DNA of 64,000 nt from assembly GCF_009834535.1 (NCBI RefSeq), contig NC_045696.1, positions 30,134,001 to 30,198,000 on the forward strand, written 5' to 3'. Shown here in pieces: positions 1 through 13,264 of the stretch. Source of the DNA: Camelus ferus. Taxonomy: Eukaryota. Both the position numbers and the translations under genes were made by a program. The notes under the pieces were generated by a model. That model saw only the letters and a program-made list of their open reading frames with translations, did not search any database and was not told the origin of the DNA. Numbering within the stretch: the stretch's first letter is position 1; every line of letters begins with the position of its first letter.

Positions 1-750
1 TCCTGATGCTTCCTTTTTCCTCACTCCCTTATCCAGTCTATCATTTAGTTTTATTGTATATACTTCTAAAGTATATCTTGAATATATTCATTTCTCTTGA
101 TTCCTCTACCAGCTCTGCATTCTAAACCATCACCATCTCTCAACTAGACTACTTCAACAATTTCCTCCTTTATCTTGCTGCTTCCACTCTTGGTGGTCTA
201 CAAGCCAGTCTTTTCAAAAATGTAGAGTACATGTTTGAAAATATGTCAGCTTGTGAGATAAATCTGCTGAGAAAAAAAAAAAAAAAACAAATTCAGAAAT
301 ATTTTGGTGTCCTGAGAATTAAATCCAAATTCCTTACCTTGATCTACAGAATTTTGCTTGGCTTAGTCACTACTTTTCTTTTGCAAAGTTGCCTTATGTT
401 ACTCTATCAATAAGTTTGCCACCATGTAGTTATTTTCTTTAAGATCTTTGTACTTTTTCTGGGGGTTGATTTCTATACATTACCTACACACACCTAAATG
501 ACTCTTAGTACAAGAGACTTGCCTTAACTACTCTAGATAAGCAAGCCAACCCAACAAAAGTCCCTTCTCTCGTGCTGCGTACCTTTTTTTTTTCCTTCAT
601 TTTATACATTTTGTTTTTAACTTGCTTATTAAAAGTCTCCTCTGCTAGGCTATAAATTTCATAATAGCTTGTAGTTGAATCCCTCATGTTCAGTTTATTG
701 CCTGACATATATTAGTCACTCAGAAAATATTATTAAATGAATAAGCAAGT
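1..750 (+). mobile_element. L2 LINE 3' remnant
   Basis: Pyrimidine-rich L2-like body ending in a degenerate L2 tail (TAGTCACTCAGAAAATATTATTAAATGAATAAGC). Confidence 0.7.
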
Positions 751-999
751 AGATTAATCAATACATACAAAGGGAACGTACCATAAACTTGGCGTGTTTA
801 TTGCCTAGACTTATGTTTGACAAAGTTAGCAGGCGAAAACATACAACAGTATATAAACTAATATTCTTTTATTTTTTTATATGGAGCTTGGGCTTCAGTC
901 CTACCATCATCATAGCTGCCTTTTTCAGAATAAGTAATTTTGCCAGCATTCATCTTAAAGTACAGGGCCCAAATATTGCTGCAATATAAATTACAGTGA

Positions 1000-2395
1000 C
1001 CTTTAGAGCATAAATTTGGTAATACATATTAAAAAGTAATATTCACTACTTTGACCCAGTAATCCCAAATATAGGATTTTGTTCTATGAAAAATAATTAA
1101 ATCTGTAGACAGATGTTTAAGTATTAGCACTTTTCATTATACTGCTATATAGAAAAAGAAAAGTGCTGGATCAAATCAAAATGTCCATTTAGTAATACAA
1201 TTTAAATACAAATATAATAGAATTCCTCTGAATAGTTTTCAAAAAATACAAGTTAAATAATCACTGAACCCAAAAACACATAAGCCAACATGATCAGGAG
1301 TCATCAGAAATAACAATAATAAGTGACTCACAGGGGATAATTAGTCATAGAATATAAAATACATATTTTAATCTGAATGAAAATATAAGTGAAGATAAAT
1401 GCTAATAAAATTATTAAACTTAACTAAACAGATTTGATAATTAGCTAAATAGAGGATCTAGAAGTAATGATTAAAAATTTAAGGAGGCTTCCAGTAATAA
1501 CTGACTAGGGAATTTGTACTAAGTTTGTTACTCTGAACAAAATATATATGTTTAAACAAAGCCTTTTTAAAGTCAATATCTGATGTAAGATGGAAATTGA
1601 GAGATAAGTCTGATGTTTGGAGCCACTTTTCACCTAGGAAAGGCTGCTGATATCACGATTGATGGTTGAGAGACTAAGAATGCTTTCATAATTTGCATAG
1701 TACTTTTGTCAGCCTCCTGGGCTTGAAGGATACAATCTGAATGCTAGTTCTTTCCAAGGACACCAAAGAAGAGTTCAGCAAAAATAACAATGCATCTTAA
1801 GTAGTACAATTTCCACAGGGACTATTGCCCAAATTTGAATCATCACAATCTTTAAATTTGAATTCAGGTAGTAGGACATATCTATATTCCCAGGAGCCTG
1901 TGAGAGGCAAATAAAAAAATTCTATCTGAATAATATAACATCATCCTATGTCTTACATCATTTTTGTAATTTTTCAAATACAATGTCTTGCAAACAATAA
2001 TCGTAAAAATAAAAAATAACTAGGCATCCAGTGAGATAAGACGAATGAGTGAGACCCAGGTGAAACAATAACCAATAGAAACAGACCCATGACAACTGCT
2101 GTTATTTGGAATTATCAGATATAGATTTTGAAAGAAAAATTAAGTTTAATATATTCAAGAAAACAAAAGACAAGATTGAGAAATTTCCAAGTAAATTAAA
2201 ACTATATAAAAGGAAACATGAAAAATTATAGCTATTCTGGGACCAAAATGTAAGGTAAGTAGATTAAGAATTCAACATCAGGTTAAAACTGGACTATAAA
2301 TCAGAAGAAAATGTCCCGAATAAAACAAAGAGACAGAAAAGAAAGAAAAGTAGTGTAAGTAACATGGAAGATACTGGTAATGATACTGTTAAAGC
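1000..2395 (+). mobile_element. Old L1M fragments (3'-type piece ~1000-1250; 5'UTR/ORF1 remnant ~1490-2395)
   Basis: A-rich plus strand; ORF1-like decayed text (AGAAACAGACCCA..., GGAATTATCAGATATAGATTTTGAAA, AAAGACAAGATTGAGAAATT). Confidence 0.6.
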
Positions 2396-2400
2396 TGTAA

Positions 2401-2992
2401 CAGTTGATTCTCATTTTTCGCAGTAGTTAAGCTCTAAAAGTTTTTTTGTAAACACTGGATTAGTGCATACTAAACCATTTTTTTCAAAGAGAGATACAGG
2501 ATTCAGTTCTTGTGAGCCTGTGGTCACATTTTCATCAACTTGTCAATATTTAACCTGTTTTACGTGTGTTTCTCTTTAAAGACACTTTAATATATATTGT
2601 TGATACATTAACATTGAACTCATAGCCAACAGCACCATAGCTTGTGCTTGATTGAAGCTTGTCAAGCACATGTATTTTCTCTGTAAGGCACATTCCAGCC
2701 TCCTTATTCTTAGGAATACTTAGCAGCCCTTTAGCACTACAGTTGGGGGGCACTTTAAACAGCAACATCACCAATGAGGAGCAAAAACATGTAAAATACG
2801 ACACTAAAATGAGACACTTAAATAAGCCATGGAAAAGGCACTTTTTACTGTATGAGAACTGAAACAGGAGGGCAGAGTGTCAGTTCATTTGACTCATCTG
2901 GGAACATGCATCTCAGAGACTCAAATATTTCATATCTTTGTGCATGCCCACAAGTGACTGAAAATACATGGTAAGTATTGATTTGGGGGTTA
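2401..2992. mobile_element. MER82-like non-autonomous Tigger (TcMar) DNA transposon, one end truncated
   Basis: Starts CAGTTGATTCTCATT, matching the MER82 terminus as recalled. Minus ORF 2550-2804 (MCLTEKIHVLDKLQSSTSYGAVGYEFNVNVSTIYIK) resembles the N-terminal HTH of Tigger/CENP-B transposases. Confidence 0.85.
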
Positions 2993-3232
2993 TGTCTTAG
3001 ACTGTTCTGACTGCTATCACAGACTACCATAAACTGGTTGATTTATCAATAAGAGAAATTTATTTTTAACAGTTCTGAAGGCCTGGAAATCCAAGATCAA
3101 GGTACTGACATATGCATTGTCTGGTGAGTGCCACTTCCTGGTTCATAGATTGGTGTCTTCTTGTTATGCCCTCCTCACATGGTGGAAATACTGAAGGAAC
3201 TCTCTAGAGTCTCTTGTAGAAGGGCATTAACT
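2993..3232 (-). mobile_element. MLT1A-like MaLR LTR, partial
   Basis: TGTCTTAG...CTGCTATCACAGACTACCATAAACTGG...AAATTTATT...CAGTTCTGAAGGCCTGGAAATCCAAGATCAAGG is the reverse-oriented 3' part of MLT1A/B LTRs. Confidence 0.8.
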
Positions 3233-4479
3233 GTGAACATACTGTCTGTCTGTTTTTGGACAAATGTCTTTGGGTACATAATTTTGGATTATTGTAAAGC
3301 AAATATCCGTCAAATATTCCCAGAAAAAAAAAAAAACACATTCAATGAAGAAAATGATTTCAGAGTCATCTGAATGATTTAAGTTTTTCCAAACTTTTTC
3401 ACAAAGAGCGTATTACTATAACTGTAAGAAAAAAACTGAATCTTGAGTAAATTTCAGAGCCCATCATGAAACAGAACTATCCAGTTGTGGCCTTGAACAA
3501 TGCTGATTTCAGTAGGATGATTACCCTCTTTATCTGGACTCTAGACTTATGTTATTTTGCTCAATGTTATATTAGTTGTCATGCTATCATTTTGGCTCAT
3601 ATTGATCTTGCAGCAAAGCAGAACACAAAGATTTTTTCAGCTAGATTGCTGTTAAAGCAGATTGGTACAAGAGATTTTGTTAACTGAAATGCAGAACATT
3701 ATCCCTAGGTATGTAATTCTCAGCTTCCCGCACATTTCAGTAGAACAATATATAGCTGAATGACCTTCATTCCTACTCAGCCAGTAAGACTGCAGACACT
3801 CAAAATGAGTCCTTGCAATTTCCTTTTAGTCCATCTGAAAATTTCTCTGCAACATCAGCTATTCCTTTATTTTTTAAAGTCTCTTTGCCTTTATGGTAGA
3901 CTGAGGAAGAATTGTGTTCCTCCAATTACGTTAACTCTCTCATACATTTTCAGTAAGTTTCCCTCTGATAATTGCTCTTACTTTATTCATATGGATGCCC
4001 AGATGTCTTATATTCTTAAAAAGACAACCAGTCCACACCTAGATACCACCTCTCAAACTCTTGCACCAAAATATTTCTTTAGATGTATTGGAAGATTGAT
4101 GCCCATTCATATTTTAGGCCTTTGTACTTTTGATTCTGCTCATAACATTCTCTGTTTGACTATGATCTCCATCCTTTAGGAATAAGATTCCAGTCCATGG
4201 AGATACAATGTCAGGAACTCAGCCCCTCAGCTGGAACTTTACATAGGTGAGATTTTTCAGGCTAAAACAAGTATATAACTTTAGTAAAAGATGAATCCTA
4301 AACCTGGACATACAAAGGCAAGAAGACACGTTATTGTTAAGGAAATAACTAAAAGGTTACCACTGTTGGGTTTCCAGATTCTAAGTGATAAATGCAGAAT
4401 AACAGTAATTCAGCTAATTTTTTGTTCTTATTAAATAGTACCACATTTCCTCCTCCTTACAAGACATAAAACTTAAAAT

Positions 4480-5255
4480 CACAATATTTTTTTCCTTTAC
4501 ACTCTTTCGTTCACTTCACAATCCCATCCAGGCAAAAATCACCAATGCCTCAATTTTCCTGTGAAGCTTTTACCTTAATACGTGCTTGACTGCCTCATTT
4601 CCATTTTCCTGGCTCTTACTGTCACTTATCTTAATTATTGCCAGAACCTTTTAGGGAATCTTCCTGTTGACACTCTGGACCTCTTCCAATCTGTTTTCCA
4701 TTTACTTACCAGAAGGGTCTTTCAATAATATAGCTCTGATTATATCTTTTCTCACTGCAATTACTTGGTAGGGCTACAATGTTTGCCATAAAAGCTTCAA
4801 ACTTCTTAGCACAGTATATAGACTTCTTGTTGATATGCACCCTGTCTATATGTCTGACTTTATTTACTCTTTTATTCCCATACTCCACTATTTTCTACAT
4901 GTGTGCCCTTAATATACCAAAGCTTTAACCATTTCCACATCCCTCTTACCATTGATACTTCTGCTGTAATATTCTTGTTATCCCCACTTTGTAATATTAT
5001 TTCATTTAATTAACTCTTGCCTTCGAAATATGGCTGAAGCAACAATATTGCAAACTCCCAATATGATTTTGAAGCTCATCCTTGGGCTCCTATGATCCCT
5101 TGCAAACTTTTCTGTAGCATTTAATAAACTTGCTTATTTCTAACACTAAGCTATACATTTACTGAGGACAGGCACCACATCTTGTTTGATTTAGTGTCTT
5201 TAGTAGACAGCAAAAATGATTAGCTCTCAGCGGACACTCAATAAATATTTTTTGG
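4480..5255 (+). mobile_element. L2 LINE 3' remnant
   Basis: L2-like body ending ACACTCAATAAATATTTTTTGG. Confidence 0.7.
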
Positions 5256-5479
5256 GAATATTTGTCATCTCCGCTTCTCAGAGAACACCAAGAAAAGGAA
5301 TCCCACAGTTAATCACCTCTGGAGCTATAAATACCTTTAGACATGCACTCATTACACATTTTTTTTCCTCAGAGGAAGCTTTTACTTATCCCTATAATGT
5401 TTTGTTTGTTTTAGGTTTTTTTTTTTTTTGCCGTTTACATTTCATTTCACTATATCTGCTAACATTATCCAAAATTTCT

Positions 5480-5966
5480 CTGTGTGCAACAATTCCATCC
5501 TAGCCTCACAGTAACAGGTGGATATATGACTTATTTTCAAGTTAGGCAATCAGAATACTGCACAGTCTTGAACTAAATAATTTATCCATGAACTGTTGAC
5601 TCAATTGAAGCTACTGAAAGTCAACTGTTTGGTAGGACTTTTGGAAAGGACACATAGACTTTTTCCCACTGATTTTGCATCTTGGAATTTATAGAATGGT
5701 AACTCTTAGTAGGTCATCTTAATACTAAATGGAGACTGAGAAGGGAGTCAGCTTGGAAGATTGAAGAGCAAAATAATGGAACAAAACCCTATCCAGAGAC
5801 ATCAGAGACATCATTTTAGTCTCTGGATCAAGCAATGATTTAGCTGATTTTTTTTTTATGTAAGCCATTTTTCAATATGTAAGCCAATTAAGTTTTTCAA
5901 ACTTATTTGTCTATGACCATTTGAGTTTGATTTTCTGTCATGTACAGCCAAAAGTTTCTAAACTAC
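5480..5966 (+). mobile_element. Old MaLR LTR (MLT1J/K-like)
   Basis: CTCTGGATCAAGC...TAAGCCAATTAA...TTTGAGTTTGATTTTCTGTCATGTACAGCCAAAAG resembles the MLT1J/K 3' end. Confidence 0.6.
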
Positions 5967-6379
5967 GGTTAATCTTTCCACGTGTGTTTTGATATATACC
6001 CTTATGTTGCTTTCCTGTAAACATCCTGTATGACTTCTTAACACCTATAGACATTCCTAGTACAAAAAGGCTGCTCATGATTGGTTTCATATTTACCTCC
6101 TGAGGTTCGTGTTTTTTCTATATTCTCCTCTTCCCCTCCATGTCAGCTATGCCGAGCTACTCACTGTGTCCCTATTGGCCATTTAATTTTAGAAACTAGT
6201 TGCATGTGTTCATAGTCTTCAGACTGCTATTGTAATATATTGTGTTTTACACAGTTTAGTGTATGTAGCTTTTTACATTTCTGACTTCTACTAGATTCTA
6301 AGTTATATGAGATCAATGATTCTCTATTAGTAAACGTTGAAACAGGAGAATAGAGGACAAAGTTTTTCAGTCAAATTTC

Positions 6380-9300
6380 TTTTTCAACTTTATGGAGATA
6401 AAAAGTGTACAATTTCATGAGTTTTGGCATATGTATACACCAGTGAGACCCTCCAAAAATTTAAGATAATGAGTATACTAACACACCCAAAGGATATCTT
6501 ATGCCCCTTTGTGATACATTCCTTCATCAACCCCACCATCTACTCCTATCAGTAGACAATGCAGATCTGTGTTCTATCATTACAGGTTTGTTTGCATTTT
6601 TCCTGAATTTTACATAAATTGAATCATATATTAGCACTCTTTAGTCTTGCTTCTTTCATTTAGCATAATTTCATTCTGCATTTTTTGATACTGTCCATGC
6701 TGTTGCATGTTTTCATAGTTCATTCCTCTTTATCCCTGAGTAGGATTTCATCATATGGATATTCCACAGGTAGTTTATCCATTTACTATTGAGGGATGTT
6801 TATTAAAAATAAAATTGTTATAAACATTTAAGTACGCCCCTTGTGAGAACATATGCTTTCATTTACATTGTATAAATATCTAGGATTGGAAAGGCAGAAT
6901 TCTGAGGTAGGTATAAGTTTATGTTTTTAAGAAACTGCCAAATTATTTTCCAAAGTGATTTTAACATTTTAAATTCCAAACAGCAACGTAAGAAAGTTTA
7001 GTTGCTCCCCATCCTCACCAATATTCCAGCTAGCTAGCTATACCACCAATATTATATCTATCTATCTATCTATCTACCCACCCACCTACCTACCTACCTA
7101 TCTATCTTTGTTGCCTTTTATAGGCTGGGTAAATTTCCTTCTACTCCTATTTACTAAGAATTTGCATCATTAATTGATGTTAGATTTTGTCAAATGATAC
7201 TTCTGCTTCTATTGAGATTATTCTATATAATTACTTTTATTTGCTGTTTATATCATGAATTTCATTGATTAATTTTTAATGGTAAATCAACTTTGAATTA
7301 TTGGGGTAAATTCTAGTTGGTCATGATATATTATTTTAGTCATGTGTATTTAATTTGTTAAAATTTTAAGTGTTTTCATTTACATTCATGAGGAATTAAT
7401 ATAAATTAATATAGTTTATGTGGCTCATCTTACAGAAAAAAATGACTTTTATTAGTGTCTTTGGGCTCCTCTTACAGAAAGACTTTTCCCCCTTTTCTCC
7501 TAATCAGTCTGAAAATGATTTTATCAAAGTTATTGATCTTCTCAAAGTGCTAGTTTTTTAATTTAGTTTTTAATTTTTTTCTGATTTTTATTTTATACAT
7601 TGCTGTTTTGTCTCATTATTATTTTCTTCATACTGTTTAATTTGATTTTAATTTGCACTTCTTTTTCCAGTTTCTTAAGATGAAATTTGATGTCATTGAT
7701 TTGAGACCTTTCTACTTTTCTCATGTAGACATTTATTGCTGTAAATTTTAATCTGAGTATTGTTTTAGATGTATTCCTTTAAACTTCTGTACATTTTGTT
7801 ATCTTTAGAATTTTGTTCAAAGTATTTTTTGGTACATGTTATTTGGAAGTATGTTAATTAATGTCTTCAAAAAGTTGCATATTTTAAAAATACACCATTC
7901 TGTATCAATCTTTAATTTATTTCCAATATAGTCAGATAACATAGTTTGTATGATTTGGATAGTATTACATTTCTTAGAATTAGTTTTGTGGTCAATCTTA
8001 CTAAGTATTTTATGTGAATTTGAAAAAAATGTATTCCACTATTGTTGCATATTTTATAAATATTAATTAGATCATATCGGTTGATAGTGTTCTTCAAGTT
8101 ATTTGTGTCGTTACTAATTTTTTGTCAGTTCATTCTATCAATTGTCGAAAGTTTTGAAATCTACTATAATTGTGGATTTTTGTACTTATCCTTTCAGTTT
8201 TACTGGTTTTGTTTCATGTTTTTTGAAAGCTCTCCTATTGGTGTTAAGCATTTTACATTGCTGTATCTTCTCAATTAACTGTCCCATTCAAATTTATATA
8301 TTGTTTTTCTATATCCATGGAGATATTCTTTACTCTTGACATCTAGTTTGTCTGATATTAATATAAGTATTACAGCATTCTTTTGATTAGTATTAATACA
8401 GTTAACATTTATCCTTTCATTTTTAACCTATATTGTCTTTAAATTTAGAATTGTTTTGTAGGCAGAATACAGTCTCTGTTATTTAATTGTAGTGTGTGGG
8501 CCATATATATTTAATGTGATTATTGTTATGGTTGGAATTAATTCTACCATCTGGCTGTTTTTTGTTTGTCCCATTTATTCTTTCTTTCTTTATTTTTTTA
8601 CACTCCTTTAAAAAAAAGTTTGAGTGGAATTGGTACTGTTTCTTCTATAAATGTTTGACAGAATTCTCCAGTGAAACCATAAGGAGCTATGTCATTTCTG
8701 GGTCAGTATCAGTTAACTGATGTCTCTTCTCATTATGGATCATATTTTTCTGCTTTATTTTAATACCTGATAATTTTTTATTCAACCTCAGACACTGTAA
8801 ATTATACCTTTTTGGGTTTGGGATTATTTTTCTATTCTTATAAATATTCTTGTGCTTCATTGTGGGACAGTTCTTTGAAAACAGTATGACTCTTTTGAGG
8901 ACTGCTTTTAAACTTTGTTAGGTAGGATCAGAGAAGTCTTTATTCCAGGCCTTTCTTTTTAAGTTCCTACTACTGTGAAAAGATCATTCTGAGTACTCTC
9001 CATAAAGTTTTGTGCATTACAAGATTTTTGCACTCAGGCAGTTGGGAACATAAACTATTTACAGTCCTATATAAGTTCTGGGGATAGCTCTACATGCTCC
9101 TCTCAGGTAGCTCTTAGGTAATTTTCTCAAATACATGCACTCATCCTTAGTAAGCTAAAGACTCAGAAAGAATCCTCTGTAGATCTCTGTAGCAGCCTCC
9201 AGAGAGATGGTGTAAGTCTCTTCTCTTTAGTATGCTATACTCAAGCCACCATGTTTGTGATAAGTTTGGGAATACATCTCTATATTCTTAACTCAGGGAA

Positions 9301-9546
9301 ACTACCAGTCTCCACCTGTGTTTCCCTTCCCTGGACTATGGCTAGAAAATTCTCTCTAGACATAAATGTGAGGCAGTTATAGGATTTTGTTTGTTTTCTG
9401 TCTCTCAAGGATTATTGTTTTGGACTGCCTGAAATGTAATCCTTGAAAAAAAACATATTTTATATTTTCTTTAGTTTTTAAAATGTATTTCAGATGACAG
9501 AGTACATTTATTTCATGTTTCTGTGTCTTAGCCTAAAGCAGAAGTA
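6380..9546 (-). mobile_element. Old L1M element with 3' UTR, ORF2 pieces and 5' end; internally deleted
   Basis: T-rich plus strand. 3'UTR/ORF2 end at 6380-7030, RT remnant at 7110-7400, endonuclease remnant (ORF 7912-8097 NTINRYDLINIYK ~ L1 NTINQLDLIDIYR), 5'UTR-like end at TTAGCCTAAAGCAGAAGT. Confidence 0.8.
7055..7106. repeat. (TATC)n/(TACC)n compound microsatellite
   Basis: Directly visible tandem tetramers. Confidence 0.9.
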
Positions 9547-9569
9547 GAAAATTATTTAAATCAGGAATT

Positions 9570-10047
9570 AGAAATTATACAACCTTTGGGAAGTTTGGAG
9601 CATAAGATCAGAAAAGTCTTTTCCAAGATATCTTAAAGTACAAAAAAATGCTGGCAAGCTTCACCTAGTGGTATCAGCCACCTATACCCCCATAGTGAAT
9701 GATTTTCCAGAGTAACCTGCCTTACCAATTTGGAATCCAAGGGAAATCTACACAAGAGATATTAGCTGGATGCTCACAGTAAGTGATTTCCAGAAGGACC
9801 CCTGAAAACCAGGAGAAGGCATTGTAGATGATCTCAGGCAGATGATCTGCCTGAGCACAGCACAACTATAGAAAAAATGGCTTATTTTTCTCCCACAGAT
9901 CTCATTACAGAACCTCTCACTGGTAGATCTAACCCAGAACAATAGTGTAAAAGAATTCAGACAAATATAGTTCTGGGCTTCTCCCCTACTGGAGAGAATA
10001 TAGAATAGGCAGAATAATGCCAAACTGACAATGGAAAATTTGGCATA
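9570..10047 (-). mobile_element. ERVL solo LTR (LTR33/LTR50-like)
   Basis: Reverse strand reads ...CCCAGAACTATATTTGTCTGAATTC...GGGTTAGATCTACCAGTGAGAGG..., resembling the LTR33/LTR50 5' half. Confidence 0.55.
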
Positions 10048-12439
10048 ATCCATATTTATGTTAATAAAGCATAACATAATATTTGACATGTAGTTGGTAT
10101 TTGATAAATATTGAAGAAATGAATGAAAGAATCAATCTGGTAAGAAATTGGCTGTACAAATTGGTTTAAAGATTGAAGAACTTTTGGAACAAGAAAATTA
10201 ATAGGCTATTACAATATTCAGCAAAAAATTTTTTGAACTACGAGTGAAATATCTTTATCCTACTTGTACAGAGAATATAAAATACACTTAAGTAAAGTGT
10301 CACACTGTTTAGGAAAAACAGCTTAATGTTTGACTAAATTACCCTGAAGAGAGAGAAAAAATACTAACTCTAATATGGCTTGTTGTTTTTCAATCTTTAT
10401 AATTTTTTGAAATTGTTAGCTGTTCTATAACCGTGTAATATTTTTTTTCTGAATATCTCAAAATTGATAACTATGATATTGGACAATTTGCAGAGTGTTT
10501 TACCCATGTAATATAGAGTTAATGAGAGTTTGTGATATTTCCAATTCTGATTGTTAATAGAACTAAAATATGAATAGGAGTGACCTGTTTTAAGAAGGAT
10601 CTATGTTTAGTTTTCTGGGAAGGAGTAAAGCAGTTATATCTTACTGAACAGACTTTTGTACACATACTTAAATTATACTGATATCACTGCATTATGAGTG
10701 CTTGTTTTCTTCTCTGTAAACCACAAGTAAGAATTTATAATAGGATCTCTCAAATCAGTGACTCTTATTAACTCTGAAGTAGAAAAATCCCAACAGCCCA
10801 GGCAAATGGTTAATGGAGAAAATTTCCTGTTATCAGGCTGTACTTATTAGCCATTATTATTATTTTGGATTACATCAAGTGGCCAAGATGAAATATGTTC
10901 ACTGAAAGTGCCTAATTTAACTAGATTGTCTTTATTAACAAGGCCCTATTAAGTGGTTTCAGCTGTAATGGCATTCGAGTTCCATTAGGCTTTGAAGTGA
11001 TTTAGAAATTCAAATTATTTTAAAAAATTAGATGTCAGGGTGGTGGATAATTGGTAAATACCAGGTTGAAGTTGCAAATTTATACTGAGTAGTGAAACTG
11101 AACAGAAACATTGGGTGTTGTTGAACTACAAACACGGAGCTGAGAAAACACTATTAAAGCCACTTGTTCTTTGGCATGTTCAATAGAAAATATTTAAGCA
11201 TTTAAACATATTATATCCTTTTTAGGAAAATATAAGTACAATAATTAAACTAATATTTCTCTTTTTAAAGGCAGAAAAGATGATCGGCATTTTACTTAAA
11301 TAATAACAAAGAATCTTCTTAAGAAATGGAGTTCTGTTTGGTAAAATAATCTGTTGTGTTTTTTAAGCAACTTTCCCTCTCTAGATTATGTTCCCAGCTA
11401 TACTTGTGTTTTAAAATATGGAGTCACACCTCGCCTCTCCACACCTGCCACGACTGTGTATGATCACATGCCTATTCAGGGTTCTGTGTGCTGTTACTTG
11501 AGTGATCACAAGGAGAGGCTGGCAGAAGACATACAGAGCTATGCTGTCCCCTCACCTAAAGCCTGGAGAACACCAAATAGAAGCAGAGCAAAGCTTTATG
11601 CAACGCAATATGGATTATACTGTGAAATCCTGTATGTGGAGTTATTTCATACACCATAACTCAGACCTTTGCAAATGTTTTGAGATTGGACTGGATTTTT
11701 TATTTCCTTTTGTAGCCATGCTCTTGAGGCTGGAGGCGGTGTTTACTGTCTCCTGATGATTATCCTGGAGCCAAAGCTAATTTTCTGGCAGGAGATTCAT
11801 ACTTGGAGGGTAGGACTACATTGGTGTGAAGGGTAAAGGGATAACTCTCTCTAAATCTTGGAGAGACGGATTCTTGAACTGCAGCAGGAGGCTGCGATGC
11901 TCAGGGTCTCCCTCACTGTGAATGAGAATGCTGACCAAGTGCGATTGTCTTTCCTCTACCACAGAGCAAGCCCGAGGCTGAGTGAAAAATTGCTTGTCTG
12001 TGGGAAATGTTAGAGGAGGAATGGGGCCTTTGGATTCTTAAGGAAGTCATATTTAAGGTGACATTTAAAAATATCTGGATTGTAATTCACTTGTGCTTTT
12101 TCTAAGCTTTCAGTGAGGTGTGTAGCATTGAAAGTAGCTGAGGCTTGGCTCTGTGTAGGAAACCAAGTGCCACCGGGAAGAGCAGTATCAGATTGAGGGA
12201 GTATGTTCTGAGACTGTGAGAGAGAGACTTCCAGAGAAAGATGTGGAGTTTGCAGGCAGACTGATGGCACACAGTGTTTGGGTGTGTAGGACAGTGTCTC
12301 TCACTACTGTGCTTTCACTTAAAAGGAAATGTTACTCTGATGTTTGGAAACTTCACTTCTCATCCAGTCTTTTCTCATCCAGTTCACTGTCAAGTTTTCA
12401 AAGGCTCTTAATTTTATTCTACAGTATCTTTTTAGGCTT

Positions 12440-12850
12440 CATCCTAAAGAAGAAATAATACAACCCATAGGAAAAGTTCTGTGTGTAAAAGTATTTGCCA
12501 GGTTGAGTATTAACCACCATTATGAATGTTGGAAAACATGAAACTGTCTAATAATGGGAAATTAGGAAAATAATAATAACTTTGATAGAATAATTGTGAC
12601 CATTAAAACTTGGTTATGAAGCCTTGGTAAATACGTAAGTAAATGCCCATTAGAAGATGTTAGGTAGAAAACACAGGATTCACAATGTCATTCAGTGACA
12701 ATAAGAATATGCATTGAGAAGAAAATGACAGTAAATAATATACTAAAGTGACAGAAAAAGTTATAGTAGGATGGTTGGATAATAATTACTTTAATCATTT
12801 TCTTCTAGAGTCCTAATTATGTTTAATAGTTTTGATAATTAAAAAGAAAA
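12440..12850 (+). mobile_element. L1ME-like 3' end remnant
   Basis: TTGGAAAACATGAAACTGTCTAATAATGGGAAATTAG...TTTGATAATTAAAAAGAAAAAAAA resembles old L1 3' ends with an A-tail. Confidence 0.55.
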
Positions 12851-13054
12851 AAAAACAGACTTGTCTATCTAAGTAGACAGAAGGTTGAGGCAAGAGGCAA
12901 GTGCAAAAAGCTAATTGAGATTTGGGTGCTTAGATAAAAGTGTGAATGAAATAAGGACTTATTTTTTAACCTGAGGCTGCCTTATTCTGACAGACAATTT
13001 AAATTACAGGATTTACTGAGATAGAAAGCCAAACTGCCAGAGTCCAAGATAAAA

Positions 13055-13264
13055 ATATTTTATAAGTTAGGAATTTTTATTTTTGAAAGATAAATTCGAG
13101 TTTCTACGTCCAGAGATTGTGATTTCACCTTTCTCGGATCTGTCAGTGTCTGTATGAATGGGCAGCGATCTCTTCCAGGTTCTTGAATTGATGATGAACT
13201 GATGATGTCAATTCAGGGTTCTTGAGTTCTCTTGTACTATTGCCTTTCTCCTCCAGTGTCCTCA
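13055..13264 (-). other. Candidate 3'-terminal exon of a minus-strand transcript
   Basis: Acceptor ttttttcctttctgtacccacaaag|TGAGG; purine-rich body retaining several CpGs; phase-1 frame xRTLEEKGNSTRELKNPELTSSVHHQFKNLEEIAAHSYRH* (stop 13143-13145); AATAAA at 13076-13081. Confidence 0.45.

Noticed and set aside
3760..4179. 139-aa plus-strand ORF
   Set aside because: No recognisable domain, composition typical of random AT-rich DNA, no supporting gene structure.
11354..11659. 101-aa ORF with a plus-strand acceptor (tttccctctctag|)
   Set aside because: No recognisable homology, TTG start, no partner exons found.
13184..13215. Box C/D-like motifs (TGATGA, CTGA) inside an 8-bp inverted repeat
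   Set aside because: Far too short for a C/D snoRNA, and the box layout does not fit.
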